Origin: Nitrosopumilus sp.
Lineage (GTDB): Archaea > Thermoproteota > Nitrososphaeria > Nitrososphaerales > Nitrosopumilaceae
Direction: 5' to 3'
Length of the DNA stretch: 64,000 bases
Assembly (NCBI GenBank): GCA_965205675.1
Contig: OZ242186.1
Location: forward strand, 800,001-864,000
A program made the position numbers and the translations under genes. Positions within the stretch are counted from its first letter, which is position 1. Every line of letters begins with the position of its first letter. Under the pieces are notes generated by a model. The model saw only the letters and a list, made by a program, of their open reading frames with translations, was not told where the DNA came from and made no database searches. Of this stretch, positions 10,350 to 20,373 are shown in pieces.

Positions 10350-10850
10350 TTGTACATGGCATTAAATCTAAATCTAGAAAGTAGAATATCTTAAAAATCT
10401 TGACTGCTTCAAAGATTTTTACAAATTAAAAGACTATGATCCTATTTTATCCATCCAGAGAAAAAAACTTCAAGAAATGATTGAAGATTGCACTATCAGT
10501 ACTTGGGAAAGTAACTCAATTTAGATCACAAACTAACCATTATTTCATCAGTTAAACAACAAATTTGGATAGAAAAAGCTTGAAGTAGGTGTTGCTGCTC
10601 CATCAAATGAATCATAACTATAGCGAGAAGCAGAAGTTTGTGAGTTATTTTTTAGGTGTTTCAATTTGTTTGTTCGTATTTACCTATAGGTAAGATCAAC
10701 TGATTTCTAGTTTTTTGAAATTTGGTTCACGAACTTTGTCTTTTCGCTATAATATTGTTCCTACAAGGATTACTACAAACCTTCTTTGAAATTAATGATG
10801 TGGAAATCAAATGGAAAAAACTAGACGTTTGTTTCCTGCAAAGGGTGAGA
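10350..10850 (+). pseudogene. Decayed N-terminal fragment of a thaumarchaeal tyrosine integrase
   Basis: Fragments YLKNLDCFKDFYKLKDYDPILSIQRKKLQEMIED and FFEINDVEIKWKKL/RRLFPAK resemble Nitrosopumilus integrase N-termini from memory; interrupted at 10497 by an IS end; no catalytic domain seen; limits approximate. Confidence 0.5.
10497..10514 (+). repeat. Orphan ISH3-type terminal inverted repeat
   Basis: CAGTACTTGGGAAAGTAA is the exact reverse complement of 16503-16520, which closes the ISH3 transposase remnant. Confidence 0.75.
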
Positions 10851-11908
10851 CACTGATCAAAATCTTCATCTTGTTCTTCTAGCACTTTAGAAAGTAAAAT
10901 AAAAAAATATGTAACTGTCTAGAGTTTTGAAGTACTTTCTTTAATATTTTTTATCTATATCTTTTCTGATCAGTGACAAATTACAATATACAATTGTCAG
11001 TATATGATGAGCTGGAATATTATCGTAACAGATGTCACTCGTTGGAGCAAGAAAACCGTCAGTTACACAGAGAAATTGCAGAACTAAAACAAACAGTGTC
11101 TACACTTGTTGCAAGAAATATCAAAGCAAAACCAAACAAGACTGAAACTGCAAAAAAGAAGAAAACATCAAGACATCCTAGAAAAAGCAGAAGCAGACGG
11201 GCACACATTGATGATGCCATTACAGTTGACCAAAAAGAGTGCAACACATGTGGCAAATCACTCTCAGAACCAACTGATTCATACACCAGAATAGTAGAAG
11301 ACATCATTCCTGCAAAAGCAGTTGTGACAAAATATACGATAGTTAGACGATACTGCACAAACTGCAAAAAACAAATCTCGGGTAACATTCACACTGCGCT
11401 ACCCAATGAGAGATTTGGGATTAGGCTCATGGTGCTAATCATATCACTGAAAACTATCGGATTATCGTATGGTAAAATATCTCATCTTTTGCAGATGCTC
11501 TTCTCACTGCACATTACAGAATCTGCAATTAATCATGCAGTATCAATAGTATCAAAAGCATTTGGGAGCAGATATGATACAATGATTGTAGAGTTAAAAG
11601 AAGATCTAAACATACATGGTGATGAGACAAGTTGGAGGGTAGATGGCCAGAACCACTGGTTGTGGGCATTTGTGAGTAAATGGACTGTAATTTACGAGAT
11701 TGACAAATCACGTTCAATGGATGTTCCCAAGAGAATTCTCAAGGGATATGATGGCAACATTACAAGTGATTCGTACCCTGCATGGAACCATGTTGGAAGC
11801 ACTCACCAGAAATGTCACATCCATTATCTCAGAGAGGTTAATGATACTGGAGTGGACCCCTGTTTTTAGTACCACTTTTTGCATAATCTTACATACAGTC
11901 TGATTCAT

Positions 11909-12730
11909 TTATGTTTTCATCTCCCATAACTCCATGAATTCATCAGGAGTAAGGTATCCTAACGCTGAATGAATCCTGGAACCATTGTAATCGATTCGTG
12001 CTTTCTCTAGAGCAACTTCGGCTTCCTGATAGTTTGCAAACTCGTACCTCCACAAGTATTCCTTCTTGAGTGTCTTGTGGAATGATTCGACATGTCCGTT
12101 TTGTTCTGGCGTGTGGTGCCAGATGAATTCGTGTCTTATTCCAAGTAGAACAACTGCTTTTCTGAAATCTCGGCTGTTGTATTGCGAACCGTTGTCAGTT
12201 CTGAGAATCAGTTTTGTGCAATCAGGCTTTGCAGTAGCTACTGCATTAATGATGCTGTCAATTGCAGTGCTCTTTGGAGCTGCCACATCAAATGAATGCC
12301 AAATCCATTTCCTGCTAAATGCATCAATCACGTTAAAGCAGTAGCACCATCTGTCAACCCCACACCAGACATATGTGATGTCTGTCTGCCACAACTGGTT
12401 TGGTGCATCAGGCTTGAATAATGTTCTGGCAGATTTGATGATGTCATTTTTGGTCTTTTTAGGCCCAATCCAGCCCAATTTGTGAAATATTCTTCTGATT
12501 TGTTTTCTGTTTACAGGCTTGTTCAGTTCCCTTGAGACTTGGGATGCCATGCGTCTGGTTCCATAAGTTGGCCTTTGTTTTCCAATCTTTTGAACTACAT
12601 CAGTTACTGCAGGATCTGTCTGAATCCTTCTTGGTGACTTTGAGTAATACCATTTGGATTTTGAGACTCCAATTAATAACAATGACTTGTTCAAACTGAT
12701 GTGTTTGTTCAGTTGATTCACTGCAGTCAT
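11909..12730 (-). CDS. IS3 transposase OrfB (DDE integrase core)
   Basis: YGTRR, PNQLWQTDITY, TDNGSQY, NGHVESFHKTLKKE, YN..R.HSALGY.TP. Confidence 0.95.
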   Translation of the reverse strand: MTAVNQLNKHISLNKSLLLIGVSKSKWYYSKSPRRIQTDPAVTDVVQKIGKQRPTYGTRRMASQVSRELNKPVNRKQIRRIFHKLGWIGPKKTKNDIIKSARTLFKPDAPNQLWQTDITYVWCGVDRWCYCFNVIDAFSRKWIWHSFDVAAPKSTAIDSIINAVATAKPDCTKLILRTDNGSQYNSRDFRKAVVLLGIRHEFIWHHTPEQNGHVESFHKTLKKEYLWRYEFANYQEAEVALEKARIDYNGSRIHSALGYLTPDEFMELWEMKT

Positions 12731-13017
12731 CTTTTCTGGTTCTCCAACGTTTTTTTTAAAATGTCATTGGCAATTGTGATCTCGCCGATTAGTTTTTTGA
12801 GGGAATCATTTTCCTTTTGCAGATTCTTGCAGACATCTCCGTTTGGTGTGCCATTTAATGATGCCTTGCCACCTTCTACAAATCGTTCCCTCCATTGGTA
12901 GAATGTCTGTGGATGAATATTGTACTTTCTGCACAACTCTGCAGTTGCAATGTTTGTGTTTAGTGACTCTAAAACCACTCTTGACTTTTCTGCTGATGTG
13001 AATTTGCTCTTTACCAT
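12727..13017 (-). CDS. IS3 transposase OrfA (HTH), joined to OrfB by a probable -1 frameshift
   Basis: HTH then coiled coil; A8C slippery run at 12750-12757 whose -1 frame reads KKNVGEPEK-MTAV into OrfB. Confidence 0.9.
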   Translation of the reverse strand: MVKSKFTSAEKSRVVLESLNTNIATAELCRKYNIHPQTFYQWRERFVEGGKASLNGTPNGDVCKNLQKENDSLKKLIGEITIANDILKKTLENQKR

Positions 13018-13565
13018 GAGGGTAAGCCTCCCAAGTTATCTGAAAAGTGTATGTATGCTACCGGTCCTACTCTAGAGGGGACCAGACCAATACCATTAAT
13101 CACAAGAATCCCGGACCAGAATTTGCACCATTTGCCAAGAATCTCAAGAAAATAATTTATGACTCTCATGGTGTGGCAAAAATAAAATCAGAATCAGAAA
13201 GAATCCATGCAAAAAAGAATCTTGAAAGGAGAATTAATCACATCATATCAAAAAAATACACAGAGAAAAACTGTATCAGGTTTGTAAAAAGATTGAAACG
13301 TGAGAGAAAAATGCTTTTTACATTCCTAATTACTGGAACTGATTCACACAATAACACAGCAGAGAGGGCAATCAGACCAAATGTGATAATTCGTAAAATT
13401 ACAAACGGTCATAGAACCATTCATGGTGCTGATTCTCATAAGATACTGATGAGTATAAAGGAGACATGCAGATTACGAGGATTAAACTTTCATGATTATT
13501 CTTTAGAATATCTTGGAGATTTTACTTCAAAACTCTAGACAGTTACAATTTTTTTAGTATTTAAT

Positions 13566-14351
13566 TCATCTTAAAATCCTCCAATACATCAAAATTGATG
13601 CAAGGTAAACAAATCCCAGATAATTCTCACAGTTCTTTTCATATCTGATTGCAGTTCTATGAAAACCCCACTTGAGCCATGCAAATCTCTCTACAACAAA
13701 TCTTGTTTTGTTGTAATTTTTCAGATATGGTGTATTTGGAATTACTCCTGTATGTGATACAACAACTCATTCCATTCCATAACATCTCAAATAATTTCTG
13801 ATGTATTTTGCATCGTATCCCTTGCCTGCATATGCTGAGATAATCTGCGGCATCAAACCATCATTTAAAAAATCTGAAATGTTTTCTAACACATCAATGA
13901 ATCTTGTACTATCATGTTCATTTGCAGAAACTCATTATCATTGAAATTGGCAGACCATTTGATTCAACTGCAAATGTACTTTTGTTCCTAGAATCTTCTT
14001 AAATCCATCATATCCTATTTCATCTCCCCTTTTTTGACAGCAATAGATGAAGAATCAATTGAAATCTTTTGCAAGTTGATTTTTCCTTGTCTGTGTGCCA
14101 ATTTAATCAGATTTGACAGAATTTTTTTTCCATATTCCTTTTTGCTGCAGTTCTGAAAATCTGAGACGTGCAGTAGATTTTGAACCGTATTGTATAGGCA
14201 TGTCTGCCCATCTGCAACCCGTAGTCAAGACAAACAATATTCCGTTAATTGTGCTTCTGTCATCACATCTTGGACGTCCTGTTCTTGCCGGTTTTGGTAA
14301 ATGCTTTACAATGGTCTTCTATTGAATATCTGAAATTTCTTTATGAATCAT
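13566..14351 (-). pseudogene. IS5 family (IS427/IS1031-like, DUF4096 + DDE) transposase pseudogene
   Basis: MIHKEISDIQ*KTIVKHLPKPARTGRPRCDDRSTINGILFVLTTGCRWADMP...IDSSSI; in-frame stop and frameshifts; probable end GTTTTAGGATGAGTTGC near 14415-14431. Confidence 0.85.
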
Positions 14352-14577
14352 GTAAAAGATTTGAGGGTATTATTGTTAGATCTATATTACCATCAAATGT
14401 TTACAAAATGATCTGTTTTAGGATGAGTTGCTAATCCATCACCTCCAACTTTGTTTATCGTTATTAACGTATGTGATGATGTTTTCATCGCATCAAATAT
14501 TATTATAAAAATGAATTATTTTTGAATAAAAATATTCTTGGTGTCAAGCTTAAATTGGGCAATTTTCTGGTTTTACT

Positions 14578-14654
14578 GGGATCGTGGTCTAGCTTGGTAT
14601 GATTCTGCGTTTGGGACGCAGAGGTCGCGAATTCAAATTTCGCCGATCCCACCA
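14578..14654 (+). tRNA. tRNA-Pro(TGG)
   Basis: GGGATCG/CGATCCC acceptor, CTGCG-TTTGGGA-CGCAG anticodon arm, GCGAA-TTCAAAT-TTCGC T arm, CCA. Confidence 0.95.
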
Positions 14655-15089
14655 CTCAAATATAAAAAAGCTATTGTATAACACAACTAGATAATTTTTC
14701 TTACAGTTCACACTAGTGAAATATTGAATTAATCCTCATGTGATGACCTACAAATATTCCATGTTGAATCATTTAATCTAGTTATCTTGCCAAATCCCAA
14801 ACCTGTCAAACCAAATATTATAGATCAATATCTGAGTTTTGCAACAAATATCAAAAGCGCAGAGATATCAAAAAACATTTGGCAAATCCAGGACCAGTAT
14901 CGCAGAAGGTGGGAATAGAGACAGGTTATGCATGTGTTGGTAAATTCAGACCAAGGACATGCAGTGTTAATCCGACTGTCCTGTTTTTGTATTTTTTCTA
15001 TCTTTTGATTTTGTTTAACACATGGATTATTGCAAATTGTACGTTGGGAAATATTTGTTCCATCAATCACACAAATCCAATAACTATAT

Positions 15090-16203
15090 GTGAATAAGAA
15101 AGCAAGGAAATCAGATAGCATAAAAAATGAATCTAGTTCCAAGGTTCGTAAATACTCGGCTCCAAAAAAGATTACAAACAAACAGATTAGGAAGAAACCA
15201 AAGAAAGGCATGTTTGTGGGCATTGACCTGCACAAGAAGTTTCTTCAAGTAATAAATGGATGATGCAGGCAAAGTATTACAAAATGACAAAGTGGATAAC
15301 ACTCATGAATCTATCAGGAAGCATTTTGCAAAAATACCAATTTCTGCAAATATTGTAATGGAATCCTCATCAGTCTGGTATGACACGTATCGATTTCTCA
15401 CAGATACTTTGGGATACAAAAACGTCACACTCTCAAACCCATATTTGACAAAGGCAATTGCTACATCAAAAAAGAAAACAGACAAGATTGATGCCAAGAT
15501 ATTGGCAGATCTTTTACGAGGAGGATACATTGCCACATGTTATGTTCCAGACAAAAAGATTGTACAACAAAGACAGCTTGTAAGATATAGGAAAAAACTA
15601 ATCCAATGGAGAACATCTGTCAAGAATTCAGTTCATGGAATATTGTTACAGGAAGGAATCAGGATTCCAGGAGTTACATTCACTGAAACATACAACAGAA
15701 GACTCAAGGCACTAGGAGATTACAGAATAGACGGATTCTTGCAACAAATCAGCCACCTTAATTTACAGATTGCAGAGATTAATTCCAAAGTGTATGCTGC
15801 TGTAAAAGTTAATCCTGATGCAATTTTGATAAACTCGATTCCGGGAATTGGGCATTATTCTTCGCTTGTCATTGCATCAGAGATTGCAGATATTGAGAGA
15901 TTCAATGATTCTCACAAACTGTGTGCATATGCAGGAGTTGTACCATCAGTTAGAAACTCTGCAGATACAATACACCATGGCAGAATAACAAAAAGGGGAA
16001 GCATGACATTGAGATGGGTTCTAACAGAATGCATACACACTCATGCAATTCATGCCAAGGATAGTGACATTACAAAATTTTACAATCGCATTAAAAAGAA
16101 AAGAGGATCATCCAAAGCTGCAGTAGCTGGTGCATCAAAGATCCTGAGGGTGATTTATTGGATGTTAAAGGAGAGGAGAGAATTTGTACAAAATTATAGT
16201 TAG
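15090..16203 (+). pseudogene. IS110 DEDD recombinase/transposase with one frameshift near 15250
   Basis: MFVGIDLHK (ATG 15210; same frame open from GTG 15090) lies in a different frame from VMESS, KTDKIDA, SIPGIG and AYAGVVPSVRNSA..ITKRG (ORF 15256-16203). Confidence 0.88.
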
Positions 16204-16360
16204 GACTGCAAGTCGCGTTGTAATTATTGAGGGACAAGGCCTCGTCTAATAACTGCGAACAATCCTAACTAGGATGAAGATAGCATTGAGAGAATAGTCT
16301 CGTATGGATACATGTCCGCATCTTTTGATTGAAACCATTCTCTAGCGAAAGCCATGCCCT
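16197..16360 (+). ncRNA. Candidate IS110 bridge/seek RNA
   Basis: 9-bp stem TAGTTAGGA/TCCTAACTA; two parallel stem-internal loop-hairpin modules whose loop strands match the rebuilt target and partly the donor junction; RNA ends are inferred. Confidence 0.7.
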
Positions 16361-16910
16361 GATGTATAGAAAGAGAGGAAATGTATAAAAACAATTCACA
16401 TGGATAATTACAATTGAGATCCTCAAGTGTATCTTTGAAATTACTATTGTTGATTTCTTTAGGAGAATAAAATCAGAATAATATTTGGAAGATGCCGGGT
16501 AATTACTTTCCCAAGTACTGGTATACGAATCAAGTAAAAATGATTGGCAATGATGAAGCCGTAACAATCATACCTGTGGGAAGCAGAGATGGTGTATTAT
16601 TACTTTCTAGCTATCTGAGCCAATCATTTTCTTTCTTACTTGGTTCTATTTTAATTTTCAAGAGGTTTCATATACGAATCAAAGGAAATTTGAAGAAAAA
16701 CAAATCATAGAAAGACAGTTCTATTTTTGTGGCTCTGGCATTCATTTTAGATAGATGAATGTCTTTACATCAGATACAATGATATCTTGGTTTGTAGAAG
16801 ATCTGCATTTCTGCTTTCTGTAGCCTGTACAGAACGATTGATATTATTACTTATTTGAGACTTGGGCATAATGATTTACAAAAATAAAATCTAATTTCAT
16901 TCTAAATTCT

Positions 16911-17855
16911 CTAACAGCAAAGCATTCTCTTTACAGTTCTTGGATTTTCTGCTCCAATTATACAGTTGTAATATACTGTCAACTGATACACCAACACACA
17001 AACCAACACAAATGATTTCACGTTGTCAAATCCTTTCACATGTACAGTTCTAATGTTGAACGTATCTTTGAATATTTCAAATAAAGGTTCAATTGAAACT
17101 TTTCTTTGTAAGTATAACTCTTGACCTTGTACAGAATTATAAAAATCTGCAAGTTTGATTCGCTCTGGTGGTGTTGATGGATATATTTTGATAGGACAAA
17201 TCAATCTCAAATGTCTCTCATCACTAAACTGATATAATGATTTATCATCATATGCTGGATCACATAAAATATTCTCAACCAGTCCTGAAAGCGGTTCAAC
17301 TATTGTATAATACATTTTACCATCAGAAACATTTGCAGTTGAGACATCAGCAGATAGTGGAACAACCAGTTTGCCAGTACTGCAACTCATATGCAGTTTG
17401 TACCCAAATACCCAACCCTTTGATTTTGAAAAACCCCATTTTGCATCTGTGTCAATTCCTGAGATTGGAATTCTATTCTTTTTCATATCTGACTTGTGCC
17501 ATACTGGACCATCTGCTTTTAGCATGGAACTATCCACTGATGCAGATATGTCATCGACTAGTTTCTCTGATACAAACAGACTTCCCATATTACTGATTAT
17601 ATCACCAATTGGCAGAACTTGGAATCTCCTGTCAATGGTTCTTCTGTTTGGAATTTGAGCTAGTCTGCAAACCTTGAGCAATTTATCATTGGTACCTCTA
17701 GTCGAAAGGAAATAATGTAATGTATTGTTGCTTGGAATTCTCATCCATGACTTTATGATGAACAGCTGTACCATCAGAATTGTAGAGTATACGTACGGTC
17801 TACCAGGTTTCAGTATCTCCTCATACAAAGACAACATTCCCACCAAATGTAACAT
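16911..17855 (-). CDS. DDE transposase (DDE_Tnp_1-like)
   Basis: VDSSML, DTDAKWG..KGWVFGYKLH, CDPAYD, R.SIEPLF; 5' end cut off from its upstream region by the nested IS. Confidence 0.88.
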   Translation of the reverse strand: MLHLVGMLSLYEEILKPGRPYVYSTILMVQLFIIKSWMRIPSNNTLHYFLSTRGTNDKLLKVCRLAQIPNRRTIDRRFQVLPIGDIISNMGSLFVSEKLVDDISASVDSSMLKADGPVWHKSDMKKNRIPISGIDTDAKWGFSKSKGWVFGYKLHMSCSTGKLVVPLSADVSTANVSDGKMYYTIVEPLSGLVENILCDPAYDDKSLYQFSDERHLRLICPIKIYPSTPPERIKLADFYNSVQGQELYLQRKVSIEPLFEIFKDTFNIRTVHVKGFDNVKSFVLVCVLVYQLTVYYNCIIGAENPRTVKRMLCC

Positions 17856-17902
17856 ACCAATAAGAAATGATTCTGATAGAATCTTGCCTAGGGATTTTCA
17901 TT

Positions 17903-18973
17903 AGACCTCTTGCGTAATTAGACATATTTTACCATATTACACAAATTCCTTCACAGCAAGATCCAAAGCTAAGAACAACTTAACACATTTCATGTTAACA
18001 TACAAGCAACTCTCAAAAAAGCCAAAATCCCTTCTCTCTTTTACTGGAGTGACTAGGCAACAGTTTGATGTGATTCTAAAGGATGTCAGAAAGAATCACC
18101 GTATAGAAGAAAAGAAGAGACTATCCAAAGCAAAGAGAAAAAGAAGTATCGGAGCTGGGCGAAAGTTTGATTTGAGTCTTGAAGACCAGCTTGTAATGTT
18201 GTTTGTTTACTATCGGATGTACCTGACATGTGAATTGACAGGATATCTGTTTGGATTAGACCAGAGCAACGTCTACAGAAACATCAGATATTTAGAGCCT
18301 GCAGTAAGAAAAACAGTTCCTATTCCTGCAAAACTATACTCTGATTCTAAAAAAATAAATGTTGTACAGCAACTCCAACTGTTCTTTCCTGAATTAATTG
18401 CAATGACTGATGGTACTGAACAACCAATCCCAAGACCCCAGAACAAAAAGAAAAGAAAGACTCACTATTCAGGCAAAAAAACACACAATAAAAAACCAAA
18501 CACCGTAAACCAGAAAGGTGAGATAATCCACAAACCCCCACATTCTTCAGGTAACATGATTATGCCATACTGAAAATCAGACATCCAGAACTGCCCGAAG
18601 ATGTGATGATATTTTATGACATTGGGTATTTGGGAGTGGAAAAAGATTTCCCAGAACAGACAAGCATTCTACCATACAAGAAAAAGAAAGGAAAAAAACT
18701 GACCATACATCAAAAGGAATGGAACAAGATACAGTCAAGAATCCGAATAAAAGTAGAACATATTATCTCTCAAATCAAAAAGTTTAGGATTAATTTTGAG
18801 ACATTTAGGAACAGATTGTGCAGGTATGATGCAATAAGTGATATCGTATGTGGAATTGTGAATTTCAAGACAAGATGGAAGCAAGAGTTTGCTGTGATTC
18901 CATAAGATTAGAAATTATTTGAAATTAAATTCAATGAAAGATAAGATTTTGTTTGTAATTACGCAAGAGGTCT
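17903..18973 (+). mobile_element. IS5 family ISL2-group (DDE_Tnp_4) element, copy A
   Basis: 18-bp TIRs AGACCTCTTGCGTAATTA; 3-bp TSD ATT (17900-02, 18974-76). Confidence 0.9.
17992..18905 (+). pseudogene. ISL2-group transposase, frameshifted
   Basis: LSLEDQL...YYR.Y.T..L.GYLFG, DGTEQPI.RP, HYSGKK, DIGYLG, R..VEH.I..IK.F spread over different frames. Confidence 0.88.
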
Positions 18974-19114
18974 ATTTGTTTTGACATTACAATGAACAAA
19001 ACATGATAAGATCCTTAGCTTTTTCTATTTGAATAATTTGAGAATTGACTCAAAAATCAGAATTAGTTATGCCCATGTCTCACTTATTTAGGAAATGATG
19101 CTCATTAATACAGA

Positions 19115-19450
19115 ATGAGGATTATTGATTTACATCAACCTGATAGGGTTAATCGAGTTCCTGATGCTGTGAATGTTTTACTTTCAAATGGAAACTTTAC
19201 TCAAAATGATTTTAAAATTTCTAGAGTTGAATTACGCCTCTATCATGAAAAAACAGATGAAAAATTAGGCCCCTTTTCTTTGATAACTTCCTTTGTTGAA
19301 ACTGACCGTGGTTCTGTTGAAATGATTTATGATGAGGGGTTTCGTGGTGAGCACTCTCTTTTGAGGGCAACTCAATTCCTAACATCAAATTTGGGGATTT
19401 CTGGCTTGATTTTACGTTCTGTGATTACTCTTCAAGAAAAATCAAAATAA
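19115..19450 (+). CDS. Hypothetical protein
   Basis: 111-aa ORF with host-like composition. Confidence 0.7.
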   Translation: MRIIDLHQPDRVNRVPDAVNVLLSNGNFTQNDFKISRVELRLYHEKTDEKLGPFSLITSFVETDRGSVEMIYDEGFRGEHSLLRATQFLTSNLGISGLILRSVITLQEKSK

Positions 19451-19460
19451 TTTTTGGTAA

Positions 19461-20345
19461 TTGTAACCCTACTACCACCAACTAATTTTAGATAATTATT
19501 GAGAAAAATAATCAATCTAATTGAGTTATCTAAAATAATCTGTAACAAATCAATAACACTAGAATTCTTGTGTAAAGAGTTTCAAAAAAACACAATTTAT
19601 TGTACATCGTGGGATTCCAAAAATTACTATATCATCTCAAGAGAAAAACTAAGATGTAAAGATTCTAAAACAGATTACAGGCCATTTAGTAGAATATGGC
19701 TTGATATCATAAACACTGATTTTACAAAATGACTGGCTCTAGTCAAACTGTTTGATCTTGGGATTAGTACAAGACGTGCAGCTAGACAAGCAGATGTTAG
19801 TTACTGCACTAAATGCTCTTGATTGCATTAGATATGCCATACTGTATTCATCTAGCAAAATTAGACAAGAAACTAAAAGACAAAATTGAGGCTAACAAGG
19901 TGTATTTTGGAGGAAAAAGAAAGGGAAATCGTGGTAGAGGTGCAAAAAACAAGACAATAGTATTTGGCATACTGGAAAGAAATGGCACGGTCCATGTAGA
20001 GATTGTCACTAATGTCAAAGCCAAGACACTTTTGAAAAGTACGATTAGAAAAGTCAAGAAAGAAAGCATCGGGTATACAGACAAGTGGAAAGGATATGAC
20101 TCTCTAATCTTCAATGGTTACAAGCATCTCTTAATAGACCGCAACACGATGTTTGGAAAAGATGATGTGTACATTAATGAAATAGAAGGCTTTTGGAGTT
20201 TTGCAAAAGAGAAGATGGCAGAGCATCACGGTGTCAGTCCAGGAAAATTCTTGTTGTACATCAAAGAAATGGAGATACAACAACAGAGATGGTGGATACT
20301 TTCTCATTATTGATTGATTATGTCTTGGTGGTGAATAATTGACAA
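19461..20345 (+). mobile_element. IS1595 family element, transposase pseudogene
   Basis: IEA(N)KVYFGGKRKGNRGRGA.NKT.VFGILER, YTDKW..Y, N.IEGFWS; first catalytic D mutated, stops and frameshifts; degenerate ends sharing ACCACCAA. Confidence 0.85.
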
Positions 20346-20373
20346 TCTCCTATTTTTTAAAATCCCTATAATT

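Larger units (their letters stand above)
11848..13089 (-). mobile_element. IS3 family element, 1242 bp
   Basis: TG...CA ends, imperfect TIRs TGGAGTGGACCCCTGT / TGGTCTGGTCCCCTCT, 4-bp TSD ATAC (11844-47 and 13090-93). Confidence 0.93.
10973..13538 (+). pseudogene. IS66 transposase split by IS3 insertion
   Basis: Leucine zipper, zinc ribbon, HGDETSW, HQKCHIHYLRE, then resumes after 13093 to NNTAERAIRP. Confidence 0.92.
10911..13546 (+). mobile_element. IS66 family (single-ORF, ISBst12-like) copy 1, disrupted by an IS3 element
   Basis: 24-bp perfect TIRs GTAACTGTCTAGAGTTTTGAAGTA; 1390 bp once the IS3 and its TSD are removed; flanks show no 8-bp TSD. Confidence 0.93.
15084..16407 (+). mobile_element. 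IS110 family, IS1111-type element (1324 bp)
   Basis: Sub-terminal IRs ATGTGAAT (15088-95) / ATTCACAT (16394-401); ATAA core at both junctions (15080-83, 16404-07); removal restores the ISH3 reading frame; ~200-bp right non-coding end. Confidence 0.88.
14760..16520 (+). pseudogene. ISH3-family transposase 3' remnant with right TIR, interrupted by IS110
   Basis: QYLSFATN..YRRRW/GIETGY..FRPRTCS.NPTV.FLYF; frame continues after the IS110 as (NP)IITIEILKCIFE; TIR TTACTTTCCCAAGTACTG at 16503-16520; left limit approximate. Confidence 0.75.
16857..19081 (-). mobile_element. DDE insertion sequence (IS5/IS1182-like, family unresolved) carrying a nested IS
   Basis: TIRs GAGACTTGGGCATAA / TTATGCCCATGTCTC (14 of 15 match); 8-bp TSD ACTTATTT (16849-56, 19082-89). 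Confidence 0.88.

Noticed and set aside
16265-16710. ORFs 16265-16567 (-) and 16492-16710 (+)
   Set aside because: They cross the IS110 end and the ISH3 TIR, so they are chance frames
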